64,000 bases of DNA from Vicinamibacteria bacterium (lineage in GTDB: Bacteria > Acidobacteriota > Vicinamibacteria > Fen-336 > JAGNNV01): positions 7,979 through 71,978 of the forward strand of contig JANMVV010000009.1 in the NCBI GenBank assembly GCA_031392925.1, given 5' to 3'. The position numbers were made by a program, and so were the translations under genes. This document shows positions 29,357 through 37,745 of this stretch, piece by piece (the stretch's first letter is position 1; every line of letters begins with the position of its first letter). The notes under the pieces were generated by a model that was not told where the DNA came from, searched no databases, and worked only from the letters and a program-made list of their open reading frames with translations.

Positions 29357-29422
29357 TTTATTGGATAAAGGCTGCTTTCGCCTCACCTCTTGCGGTCTAC
29401 CGCACAGACGGGCCTATACTTT

Positions 29423-30661
29423 TTGGTTAAGGACGCTAAAACCCTGAGGAAACTCTTCTTCTGCCTCGTGATGGCAATCGGCCTCGCCGTTCTGCCCATC
29501 GACGCCTCCCCGTTCCTGGGGGGCACGGAATCGCTTGCCCTGGCCGCGATCACCCCGAAGTTTTCGGTGGTGCGCGGTCAGATCGAGCGGGGGAAGACGC
29601 TCGCCGCCGCCCTCTCGCGCGTGATCAGCGATCGGGAGATCCACGACCTCGTCCAGACCGCCCGCCCGAGCTATGACCTCAAGGATGTCCGCCCGGGCCA
29701 GGCCTTCCGCGTGTCGCTCTCCGAGGACGGGAAGCTGCACACGTTCGCTTACGCCATCGACGAACTGCGCACGCTGCGCGTCTCGAAGCGGGTGGATGGC
29801 CTCCACTCGGATATCGCATCCCGTCAGTACGAGGTGCGGGTGGGAACCGCCGCCGGCGTCATCGAGTCCAGCCTCTTCGAGACCATCGACTCGATCGGCG
29901 AGAAGGACGAACTCGCCATGGAACTGTCAGAGATCTTCGCCTGGGACATCGACTTCAACACGGCGATCCAGCGGGGCGACACGTTCCGGGTGGCGGTCGA
30001 GAAACTCTACCTCGACGGTGAGCTCCGCCGGTATGGAAAAGTCCTGGCCGCCGAGTTCGTGAACTCCGGCCGGACCCTTCGCGCCGTGCGCTTCGAAGGC
30101 CAGGACCAAACCACCGCCTACTACGAACCCTCGGGCGAGCCCCTGAAGAAGGCATTCCTGAAGTCGCCCCTGCGGTTCACGCGGGTGAGTTCCAGCTTCT
30201 CGGGTGGCCGCTTCCATCCCGTGCTGCATGTCACCCGCGCCCACAACGGCACCGATCTCGCCGCGACCTACGGAACTCCGGTGCGCGCGATCGGCCACGG
30301 CACCGTCACCACGGCGGGCTTCGAGAGCGGCTATGGGAACCTGGTCGCGGTCCGTCATGCGAACGGGTACACCAGTTACTACGGCCACCTGTCGAAGATC
30401 CTGGTGCGCGCCGGCCAGCGCGTCGCGCAGACCGATCTCGTGGGTCTGGTGGGAGCCACCGGTCTCGCCACCGGACCTCACCTGCACTACGGCATCATGA
30501 GGAACGGGGCGTGGGCCGATCCGATGCGCATCCAGAGTCCGCCCGCGGAGCCTCTGAGGGCGGAGGATCGGCCGGCTTTCCAGGAACTGGCGAAAGTGTC
30601 TTTGGCCCAATTGCCTCCCCAACCTGTGAACCTTAGAGCGGCGAACGACTCACGGCGTTAG
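29423..30661 (+). CDS. M23 family metallopeptidase (LytM-type) with N-terminal membrane anchor
   Basis: C-terminal HNGTDLAA...GATGLATGPHLHYG are the M23 Zn-ligand motifs. Start is uncertain (TTG 29390, TTG 29423 or ATG 29471). Confidence 0.8.
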   Translation: MVKDAKTLRKLFFCLVMAIGLAVLPIDASPFLGGTESLALAAITPKFSVVRGQIERGKTLAAALSRVISDREIHDLVQTARPSYDLKDVRPGQAFRVSLSEDGKLHTFAYAIDELRTLRVSKRVDGLHSDIASRQYEVRVGTAAGVIESSLFETIDSIGEKDELAMELSEIFAWDIDFNTAIQRGDTFRVAVEKLYLDGELRRYGKVLAAEFVNSGRTLRAVRFEGQDQTTAYYEPSGEPLKKAFLKSPLRFTRVSSSFSGGRFHPVLHVTRAHNGTDLAATYGTPVRAIGHGTVTTAGFESGYGNLVAVRHANGYTSYYGHLSKILVRAGQRVAQTDLVGLVGATGLATGPHLHYGIMRNGAWADPMRIQSPPAEPLRAEDRPAFQELAKVSLAQLPPQPVNLRAANDSRR

Positions 30662-30670
30662 AGTCGTCGC

Positions 30671-31324
30671 ATGAGCTCTCGGGGTCTGGTGCGACGTGGC
30701 CTCCCACCCCTCCTGGCTCTCGGCGCAGCCGCGATGGTGCTGCCCCTTCACGGCTCGGCGCGGGCCGCTTCGCCCGTGGTCACGGTCGGCGCAGGCGGAG
30801 CGAAGATCAAGGTGACCCAGGCGTCGCTGTCGGAAGCAATCGACGCCCTCGCGCGCGCCGCCGGCTTCCGGGTGACCTACGAGGGCGCGCGGCCGACTGT
30901 CATGCTCTTCAACGCCGAGATCGACACCCCCACCGTGGCCCAGACGCTCTTCCGCCTCATCGACGGGCAAAATCTCAACTACGCGGTGATGTTCGACCTC
31001 AGCGGAAAGCAGGTCACGTCTCTCCTCGTCCTCGGCATCCCGCCCAAGACCGGTGGAGCGCCCGGTGTACCTGCAGGCGCCGCGCGGCCTCAGCCCTTCA
31101 CGCCGCCCCGCGGGTCGAGAAGCGACATGCCGGTGCTCGATGACGATCCGGCCGAACCCGAACCGGAATCGACGCCGCAGCCGACGACGGCGCCCCCACC
31201 CGCGGCTCCTCCGAGGGGCAGTCCGGGCGGACCGACATCACCCGCCCCGCCCTCCCCTTTCACACCAAGGCCTCTGTTCGGCAGCCCGTTCGGTCCGCGC
31301 CCCTCTCCTTCGCCCTCACCGTGA
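30671..31324 (+). CDS. secreted protein with STN-like (secretin/TonB N-terminal-like) domain and Pro-rich tail
   Basis: 217 aa. Signal peptide. KIKVTQASLSEAIDALARAAGFRVTYEG fits the short STN domain pattern. The C-terminal third is a P/S/T/G low-complexity tract. Starts 10 nt after the M23 peptidase. Confidence 0.4.
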   Translation: MSSRGLVRRGLPPLLALGAAAMVLPLHGSARAASPVVTVGAGGAKIKVTQASLSEAIDALARAAGFRVTYEGARPTVMLFNAEIDTPTVAQTLFRLIDGQNLNYAVMFDLSGKQVTSLLVLGIPPKTGGAPGVPAGAARPQPFTPPRGSRSDMPVLDDDPAEPEPESTPQPTTAPPPAAPPRGSPGGPTSPAPPSPFTPRPLFGSPFGPRPSPSPSP

Positions 31325-31951
31325 CACTCGAGGCGTCTCGAGGTCGGGGGCTCGCTGGCCGCCGCCTTGAGGCGGAGCCTGGTTGGGCGCTCGGGGTGGC
31401 CCGCTCACCGCGGCCGACTGACCGCCCACGATGAACGGGATATTCGGAGCGAAGACCCACTGGTTGTAGGCCAGATTCCCGTTCACAAGACGAAGGCCGG
31501 TTTCCTTCGAGAGGCTTGCCACGCCGGCGATCGGCCCGGAGGGAGCGCCTGAGTTGCCGCCAAAAACCGGCGTCGGCGCAGGAGTCGGCGTTGGTGTCGG
31601 CCGGCCCGATCCGCCGAGCGACCCGCCCGGCCCGCCCGGTCGCGCCGGCACCACTTCACCGGGACGCACGATGCGCCACTTCCCATCCGCGCTCATCGGG
31701 TCCTTGTAGGCCTGGCGCAGATACTTGCCCTTGACGAGCTGATCGAAGGAGGTGGGGAGCGCGTTGCCGTTCTTGCGCTGAAACCGGGCGATGGCCGCGG
31801 AGATCTGGCGTCCCCTGAAGATGAGCTCCTGCTCCTTGTCGTCCTTCACGAGGTAGCGCCAGGAAGGCATCGCAAGCATGAGAGCGAAGGTCATGATCGC
31901 GATCATGGCCAGGAGCGCAGGCATGGAGAAACCCGACTCGTTCCGGCTCAC
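31316..31951 (-). CDS. atypical pseudopilin-like protein (GspG-like core, non-canonical prepilin motif, Gly/Pro-rich tail)
   Basis: 211 aa. N-terminal GFSMPALLAMIAIMTFALMLA is a prepilin-like hydrophobic segment lacking Glu at +5. FDQLVKGKYLRQAYKDPMSADGKW resembles the GspG core. Confidence 0.5.
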   Translation of the reverse strand: MSRNESGFSMPALLAMIAIMTFALMLAMPSWRYLVKDDKEQELIFRGRQISAAIARFQRKNGNALPTSFDQLVKGKYLRQAYKDPMSADGKWRIVRPGEVVPARPGGPGGSLGGSGRPTPTPTPAPTPVFGGNSGAPSGPIAGVASLSKETGLRLVNGNLAYNQWVFAPNIPFIVGGQSAAVSGPPRAPNQAPPQGGGQRAPDLETPRVSR

Positions 31952-32631
31952 TGCTTCTTTCCGAACGCCTTCGCGGTGGAGCCTTGTTTCTCCGCCGTCT
32001 CGAAGTCCTTGACGACCCTGCGAATGTAGCCGCGGGTCTCGCCATAAGGAGGAACGCCGTTGTACTTCGCGACCGCACCCGCGCCCGCGTTGTAGGCGGC
32101 CAGAGCCTCGGCCACGCGCCCCTCGTATCTCTCCAGCAACCGGCGCAGCAGGCGGGCGCCCGCGTCGATGTTCCGGGCAGGGTCGAAGGCATCGGCAACA
32201 CCGAGTTCTCTGGCGGTTCCCGGCATGAGCTGCATCACGCCCCGAGCGCCCTTCGGTGAGACCGCGTCCGGATTGAGGGCCGACTCGGCCCGCGCCACCG
32301 CGCGGACCAACGACCGCGGCAACGCGTACCTGTGGGCCGCATCCCCCACCATCTGCTCGATGGTTCGCGGCGTTGAATCGACAACGCCCGCGGGCGAAGC
32401 GACGGGCACGACCGGCTCGGCGTCGACCTCCTCGTCGGGCTCCACGCGCTCGATATCGATGGCGCGGACCTCGATGTCGCCGCCCTTCAGAGTCGCGACG
32501 CAGGCGGACGCGTTGCAGGAGAGCGCGTCGATCTTGAGCGTCTTGCCCACTCGGAGGTAGAGCGTGTCGGCCGACGCGGCGCCCGGGCCCACGGCCCAGA
32601 TCAGGATGGCCACCAGGAAGAAGGCTCTCAC
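31948..32631 (-). CDS. lytic transglycosylase (SLT domain), secreted
   Basis: 227 aa. Signal peptide. GVMQLMPGTARELG and AYNAG are SLT catalytic-domain motifs. Confidence 0.8.
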   Translation of the reverse strand: MRAFFLVAILIWAVGPGAASADTLYLRVGKTLKIDALSCNASACVATLKGGDIEVRAIDIERVEPDEEVDAEPVVPVASPAGVVDSTPRTIEQMVGDAAHRYALPRSLVRAVARAESALNPDAVSPKGARGVMQLMPGTARELGVADAFDPARNIDAGARLLRRLLERYEGRVAEALAAYNAGAGAVAKYNGVPPYGETRGYIRRVVKDFETAEKQGSTAKAFGKKQ

Positions 32632-32638
32632 GACGAGG

Positions 32639-33352
32639 CTACGGGGCGGCCAGAACCTGGATGGTGATGTCGGCGATCGTGCCCGTGGAGGGTGCCAACA
32701 CCTCGACCTTGACGGTGATCGTGCCCGCCGTGGTCCGGGAGGTCTGGACTCGATTCACCGCATCGCCGTTGTTGTTGGTGGTCACATCCGTTCCGTCCAG
32801 CAGGCGATCGGTCGCGGGGTTGTTCGAAACCGAGAACCGGACAATGATTCCCGGGATCGGGTTTCCCTTGTCGTCGAGGACGGTGGCCCGGATCGACGCG
32901 ATGGACTTGCCCAGTCTCAGGTCGATGGTCGGGTCGATGGCCTGGGTTTTCACCTGGCTCACCCGGGGCGCCCCGATAACGATGTTCTCCGCTTTGACGT
33001 TGACGGGGCCGGACGCTGCGGTCACCACCGCGGTACCGGAACGCGCATCGGAGATGAGGTTCACCCGGGCCACCCCATCGTTGGTCTTCGCCTGCTCCTG
33101 GATCCTGCCAAGGGTCGTGAAGAACTGAATGACCGTCCCGTCCGGAACGGGTGTGCCCGCCTTCTCGGTGGCGAGCACCGAGACCACCGCGCTGGCGCCG
33201 TTGGCGGCGATGAACGAAGGGTTCACGAAGATCTGAAGGGTGGTGCCGTCAGGCGCGCTCAGGATGGCCTGGCCGCAGGACGCGAACGCCATTCCCGCAA
33301 TGATGAGCGCAACCAGGCCGCCCACCGTCCTTCTCCTGACCCGACGTGTCAT
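32639..33352 (-). CDS. lipoprotein with tandem bacterial Ig-like (Big/invasin-type) domains
   Basis: 237 aa. Lipobox FASC. Repeated motifs TAVVTAASGPVNVKAE and ATVLDDKGNPIPGIIVRFSVSN...TAGTITVKVEV are typical of Big_1-type Ig domains. Confidence 0.5.
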   Translation of the reverse strand: MTRRVRRRTVGGLVALIIAGMAFASCGQAILSAPDGTTLQIFVNPSFIAANGASAVVSVLATEKAGTPVPDGTVIQFFTTLGRIQEQAKTNDGVARVNLISDARSGTAVVTAASGPVNVKAENIVIGAPRVSQVKTQAIDPTIDLRLGKSIASIRATVLDDKGNPIPGIIVRFSVSNNPATDRLLDGTDVTTNNNGDAVNRVQTSRTTAGTITVKVEVLAPSTGTIADITIQVLAAP

Positions 33353-35757
33353 GGGGTCACCGTAACACGAACGGCTCCAGCCGACGGAACCGGGCCCTGT
33401 GCAGTTCCAGAGCTCAGGGAGAGACTCTCGACGAAGATCGTCGCCTCGCCTGGACGGGTGGCCCGAAAACCGACGATCGCGACCGTGCCGGTTCCACCGG
33501 CAAGCGGCGTGAGCCGTTTGAACTGGGCCGAGGCCCGCGAGCCTTCGAACTGCCGCTCGGCCAGGACCTGGACGCCGTCGACGGAGAGAAGCTGGCCCGC
33601 GGCCATCTCCACGAACTCGAGGGCGGGCGAGTCCGCGCGCACCGTGATGCTCACATCCTTCAGCGAGCGCGCGTTGAAGAGGTTCACGGCCACGCGCTGA
33701 ACCTCGCCGACCCTCATCCGGACCTCGGTGCGGTCCCAGGCGGAGCGAGAAGCGAGCGGGCCCCCCGCAGGAGGCGGTGTAGGCGCTCCCCGCGTGACCG
33801 GATCGAGGGCCGAACCCGACGGCGACGCGGTCTCACTGGGAGGAGCGGGAGACGCGGATGTCGTCGCCGAAGAAGTCAGCGACGCGACCGGCGTCGGCAC
33901 GGGAGTGGGTGATGCGGCCGGAGTCTCCGCGCGAGCGGCGGGCGCCGGCGTTTCGGGCTCTGGCTCCACCTCCTCGCGTCCGAAGAGCGGACGCACGCCG
34001 GGAATGCGGAGATTGTTGCGGAGACCGAGATACAAGGGCTCCACGTCCTCGGCCACGACGTTCGGCGCCCGGAGAATGTGCGGGGTGAGCGAAATGAGAA
34101 TCTCGATGTCCTGGTCCGAGGCTTGGTGGCTGCCCAGGATCTTGTTGAGAATCGGGATCGAATCGATGCCCAGCGCGCCCTTGATCGCGCGCGCCTCACG
34201 GCCCTGGATCAGGCCGCCGATGACCGCGGTCACGCCGTCGGTGAGGCGAAGGGTGTTCTCCAGCTTGCGGGTCAGGAACGTCGGATAGTTGGTTGCGCTG
34301 GCGCCGGTGCCGAAGACCTTGTCCTCACCGAGCGCCGAGAACTCGGCCTTGAACTCCATGGTGATCTCGTCGTTCGCGGTCACCTTGGTCTTGTCGATTT
34401 CGAGATTGACGCCGACCGTCTTGTATTGAGCGCTGGTGGTTCCGCCAAACCCACCGGAGGGTTGGCCCGGCACGGACTGCTGGGCATAGCCCGGATAGAA
34501 CTGAGGAATGGGAATGTCGGTGCCCACGTTGAATGTCGCCTTCTTGCCCTCGAAGGCCCGAACCTTGGGCGAGGACAGGATCTTCACCATGGTGTCGTCG
34601 TGAAGGAACTTCGCGAAGACGCCCGAAGGAATCTGCACGACCCAGTCGGAGGCGTTGAGCGAGGAGAGGAAGATGGCCCTCAGGTTTGTCAGTCCCCCGG
34701 CCACCTCTCCCGCCACCCCGGTGGGCTGCAGTTCGACGCCCGCCTGATAGTTGGAGAGTTGCAGGCCGTAGTCCTTCGCCTTCGTCCGGTTGATCTCGAG
34801 GATCTCGACTTCGACCAGGATCTCGCCCTTGGGCTTGTCGTTCGAACGGATGAAGCGATCGGCGAGTGCCATTTCGTCCGGAGTGGCGATGACGGTAATG
34901 GAGTTCGTGGTGTCGTTCTTCGCCACCTTGGTCTGGGCGCCGAGCGCGGTGCGCAGCGCGGCCTCGAGCTCCTTGGCCTCGACGTTTTCGAGGTAGAAGG
35001 TGCGCATGACCTGATCGTCCCAGCGCTGGCGGGTCTGAGCGTTGGTGTCGTCGAAGATCAGGATGGTGTTGCGATCGAGGACCCGGTAGGCCTTCTTGTT
35101 GATGAGGCCGATCTGGTCGAGCGCCTCCTGGAAGGTGACGCCGGTCAGGTTGGAGGAGATGACCTTGTCCTTGCCCTGCAGATCCGGGTCGAACACCACG
35201 TTGACGCCGACCAGAGCCCCGAGAGTCTGATAGATCTTCTCCAGCCGCTCGGTCATGTTGAGCTTGATCGGAACCGGGGACCGCGGCGAGAGCAACGGCA
35301 CGGGCAGGGTCGCATCGGCGGGCCGGCGCCCGGCGAGGTCCTTCTGCTGACGCTTGTCCGCGGCGATCTTGTCGATCTGGGCCTGGAGGACAGCCATGTC
35401 GTCGGCCGCTGCCCGGTTCGACGAGTCGTAGCCGACCGCGATCCCATACTCTTCCTTCGCCTTTTCGAGGTTCCCGGTCTGGAGATTCCTGCGAGCCTTT
35501 CCCGTGTGATCCCGGCTGGCCTGGATCTTCGCGTTCTCGAGGGCGATCTTGTACTTGATGTTCCTCGGGGAGGCGGTCAGGGCCTTGGTGAAGCGGGCCA
35601 CCGCCATGTCCCAGTCGCCCTTTTCCGAAAAGCGCTGCCCGCCCCGATAGGCGTTGCTGGCGGCGCAGGCGGAGGAAAAGATGGCGAGCGCCGCCACGAC
35701 CCCCAAGGTCGCGGCTCGGAAGCGCGGGCTTCGTTCACGGTTCAATCGGGTCTTCAA
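33349..35757 (-). CDS. gspD: secretin (GspD/PilQ family), lipidated, with N-terminal TPR-like region and about 240-aa C-terminal extension
   Basis: 802 aa. Lipobox FSSACAAS. The secretin C-domain is VIGGLIQGREARAIKGALGIDSIPILNKILGSHQASDQDIEILISLTPHIL. N-terminal helical TPR-like segment. A Pro/Thr/Ser linker plus beta-rich domain follow the secretin core. Confidence 0.85.
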   Translation of the reverse strand: MKTRLNRERSPRFRAATLGVVAALAIFSSACAASNAYRGGQRFSEKGDWDMAVARFTKALTASPRNIKYKIALENAKIQASRDHTGKARRNLQTGNLEKAKEEYGIAVGYDSSNRAAADDMAVLQAQIDKIAADKRQQKDLAGRRPADATLPVPLLSPRSPVPIKLNMTERLEKIYQTLGALVGVNVVFDPDLQGKDKVISSNLTGVTFQEALDQIGLINKKAYRVLDRNTILIFDDTNAQTRQRWDDQVMRTFYLENVEAKELEAALRTALGAQTKVAKNDTTNSITVIATPDEMALADRFIRSNDKPKGEILVEVEILEINRTKAKDYGLQLSNYQAGVELQPTGVAGEVAGGLTNLRAIFLSSLNASDWVVQIPSGVFAKFLHDDTMVKILSSPKVRAFEGKKATFNVGTDIPIPQFYPGYAQQSVPGQPSGGFGGTTSAQYKTVGVNLEIDKTKVTANDEITMEFKAEFSALGEDKVFGTGASATNYPTFLTRKLENTLRLTDGVTAVIGGLIQGREARAIKGALGIDSIPILNKILGSHQASDQDIEILISLTPHILRAPNVVAEDVEPLYLGLRNNLRIPGVRPLFGREEVEPEPETPAPAARAETPAASPTPVPTPVASLTSSATTSASPAPPSETASPSGSALDPVTRGAPTPPPAGGPLASRSAWDRTEVRMRVGEVQRVAVNLFNARSLKDVSITVRADSPALEFVEMAAGQLLSVDGVQVLAERQFEGSRASAQFKRLTPLAGGTGTVAIVGFRATRPGEATIFVESLSLSSGTAQGPVPSAGAVRVTVTP

Positions 35758-35769
35758 CTTTCCTCGGGT

Positions 35770-36309
35770 CTAGTTCGTCTTGAGGGGCAGACGGCGGGTC
35801 CTCCCGGACCCCATCTCTTCGATTTCCGCCGACTCGGCGCCGATGCGGATGACGCGAAACGCGTTGCCGAGCACCTGCCCCACCTGACCGACCAGGAGTA
35901 TCTCTCCATCTTTGACGAAGGAGGCGATCTTCCGGCCTGCCCCATTATCAACGATCCCGATGAGGCTGAGGTTGAGGGGGGGCCACGGAGTGGGAGTGGG
36001 CGGGGCCTCGGGGGTTGGAAACGGAGTGGGACCAGGCAGGGGGGGAAGCTTGATCACGGGCGTCGGCAGGGGATTCTGATCAGCGCGCGAGTCGCGACCG
36101 AACTTGAAGACGTCGCGAGAGGGAGGGGCAGCGAGAGGTTCGGGCCGGCCCAGCCGGTCGAGACCGATGGCCGGAACCTCCGAGCCCGCCTCCAGGCGAA
36201 GCGCCGCCTTCTCGGGCGTGTCACCCGATCTCCCAAAGGCGCTCCAACCCAGAGCCGCCGTGAGGACGAAAAGCAGCACGGCGAAAAGCTCCTTCCGCCC
36301 CATCACCAT
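35770..36309 (-). CDS. PilP/GspC-like secretin-interacting protein (TM anchor, Pro-rich linker, HR-like beta domain)
   Basis: 179 aa. N-terminal TM, PTPVIKLPPLPGPTPFPTPEAPPTPTPWPP linker, and C-terminal LIGIVDNGAGRKIASFVKDGEILLVGQVGQVLGNAFRVIRIG resembling PilP/GspC-HR domains. Confidence 0.45.
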   Translation of the reverse strand: MVMGRKELFAVLLFVLTAALGWSAFGRSGDTPEKAALRLEAGSEVPAIGLDRLGRPEPLAAPPSRDVFKFGRDSRADQNPLPTPVIKLPPLPGPTPFPTPEAPPTPTPWPPLNLSLIGIVDNGAGRKIASFVKDGEILLVGQVGQVLGNAFRVIRIGAESAEIEEMGSGRTRRLPLKTN

Positions 36310-36728
36310 TCGCTGTAGGGCACGCCATTCAAACCGACCTGGCCCGAAGCGCTTTTGACGTCGAAGACACCGGTCATGGCCTCGCCGCTGGTCGCAGCGG
36401 TCTCGGGCGGTATCTCAACCCAGGGCTCGGAGGAGATGGGGTCGGGCGGGATCTTCCGGAGGTACCCGTCGGTGACCAGGGCCTCCAGGGTTTCCGGGTA
36501 CTTCCCTTTGTCGGACTGGTACTGATCGATCAGATCGCGCAGGCGATAGAGGTTCTCGCGAAGCACGGCCTCGCGGGCGGAGAGCACGGAGTTGCGGTAG
36601 TTGGGCAGGGCGATCGATACCAGGATGCCCATGATCGTGATGACCACGATCAACTCCAGAAGGGTGAAGCCCTTCGATCGATCGTTTCTTCTTCGTGATG
36701 CGGGAGATGCGGAATTCAGTGCCACCAT
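36303..36728 (-). CDS. gspG: type II secretion major pseudopilin GspG
   Basis: Start trimmed to MVALNS...KGFTLLELIVVITIMGILVSIALPNY (canonical prepilin cleavage/methylation motif with Glu+5). YQSDKGKYPETLEALV...YLRKIPPDP is the GspG signature. Confidence 0.8.
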   Translation of the reverse strand: MVALNSASPASRRRNDRSKGFTLLELIVVITIMGILVSIALPNYRNSVLSAREAVLRENLYRLRDLIDQYQSDKGKYPETLEALVTDGYLRKIPPDPISSEPWVEIPPETAATSGEAMTGVFDVKSASGQVGLNGVPYSEW

Positions 36729-37207
36729 CACCAGTCCTTCAACTTTGTGCCGTCGAGCGCCCTTCCATCGGCCAGGGAGTAGACATCGTAAACGTTGTCG
36801 CCGCACCACGAGGAAGAATCGTGTTCGTCCTGATAGCAGTGCATCCCCCATTCGGCCTTTCCAGAAAAGGGATCCAGGGGAATCCGCCTGAGGAACTTCA
36901 GCTTGATTCCCGGACGCCCCACCTGATTGACACCTTGGACCATGGTCTCGAGCGATTCCGGGTAACCCTCGCTCCCCAGCTTCACATCGGTCCCCCCGAT
37001 CTGCCCCCGGTCGACGCCATCCTTGAACCGGTCGATGGCGGTCCGGATCTCGCGGAGCGAGCGCCGAAGTTCGATCTCCCTCTGCCGCTCACGCGTGACC
37101 CTTGAAAGGGGCAGGACCGCCGCGGCCAGAATGGCGATGATGGTCGCTACCGCGATCACCTCGAGGAAGGTGGTGCCGCGCTCACTGCGTCGCACGGGGG
37201 TCTCCAT
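36728..37207 (-). CDS. GspG-like pseudopilin, second paralog
   Basis: 159 aa. RGTTFLEVIAVATIIAILAAAVLP prepilin motif. GYPESLETMV...RRIPLDPF resembles the GspG core. Overlaps its neighbours by a few nt. Confidence 0.65.
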   Translation of the reverse strand: METPVRRSERGTTFLEVIAVATIIAILAAAVLPLSRVTRERQREIELRRSLREIRTAIDRFKDGVDRGQIGGTDVKLGSEGYPESLETMVQGVNQVGRPGIKLKFLRRIPLDPFSGKAEWGMHCYQDEHDSSSWCGDNVYDVYSLADGRALDGTKLKDW

Positions 37208-37745
37208 CCTTGAAGATGGCCGAGAGCTTCAGATTCATCCTCGCTCCATCCTCTTCCTGCACGAGGGCCATCTGATCGACCACGATGAAGCGCCTCGCGG
37301 ACTCGATGCGAGCCAGGAAACCGGTGAGATTCGCGTAGCTCCCCTCGAGCGGCAGCGTGACCTCGCAGCGGACGAGATCGGTGCCCCGGACCTTCGAGAT
37401 GGAATAGGCGCTCCTCTTGGGCTTGAGCCCCGCGTCGCGGGCGAGCCGTTCGATCTCCCGCTGGGCGCCGAAGAGGTCCTCGTTTCGATATTTGAGATGG
37501 TCGCGGCTCAGGCTCTCGATGTCCTGGCGGTTCTGGGCCAGAAGCGCTTTGCGCACCGCCACCTGCGACCACACGCTCTCGAGCCCGGCCCGGCGCGTCG
37601 ACACTGCCTTCGCGCGGTTCTCGGCCCGGCGAACGGAGGTGAGCCTCGGCCAGGTGAGGGCAGCGAAGAGTAGGGCATTGGCGATGAGCAGAAGCGCACC
37701 GATCCAGGCCAGGCGCAGCCTTGTCTTCGAAGAGCGCAGGCTCAT
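37182..37745 (-). CDS. PilO/GspM-like inner-membrane assembly protein
   Basis: Start trimmed to MSLRSSKTRLRLAWIGALLLIANALLFAALTW (187 aa): TM, coiled coil, then periplasmic domain. ATGA overlap with the upstream gene. Confidence 0.45.
   Translation of the reverse strand: MSLRSSKTRLRLAWIGALLLIANALLFAALTWPRLTSVRRAENRAKAVSTRRAGLESVWSQVAVRKALLAQNRQDIESLSRDHLKYRNEDLFGAQREIERLARDAGLKPKRSAYSISKVRGTDLVRCEVTLPLEGSYANLTGFLARIESARRFIVVDQMALVQEEDGARMNLKLSAIFKDGDPRATQ

Noticed and set aside
34078-36318. 746-aa plus-strand ORF antisense to the secretin and PilP-like genes
   Set aside because: Low-complexity G/R/L/V/D/E composition with no motifs. The sense strand carries strongly supported genes.
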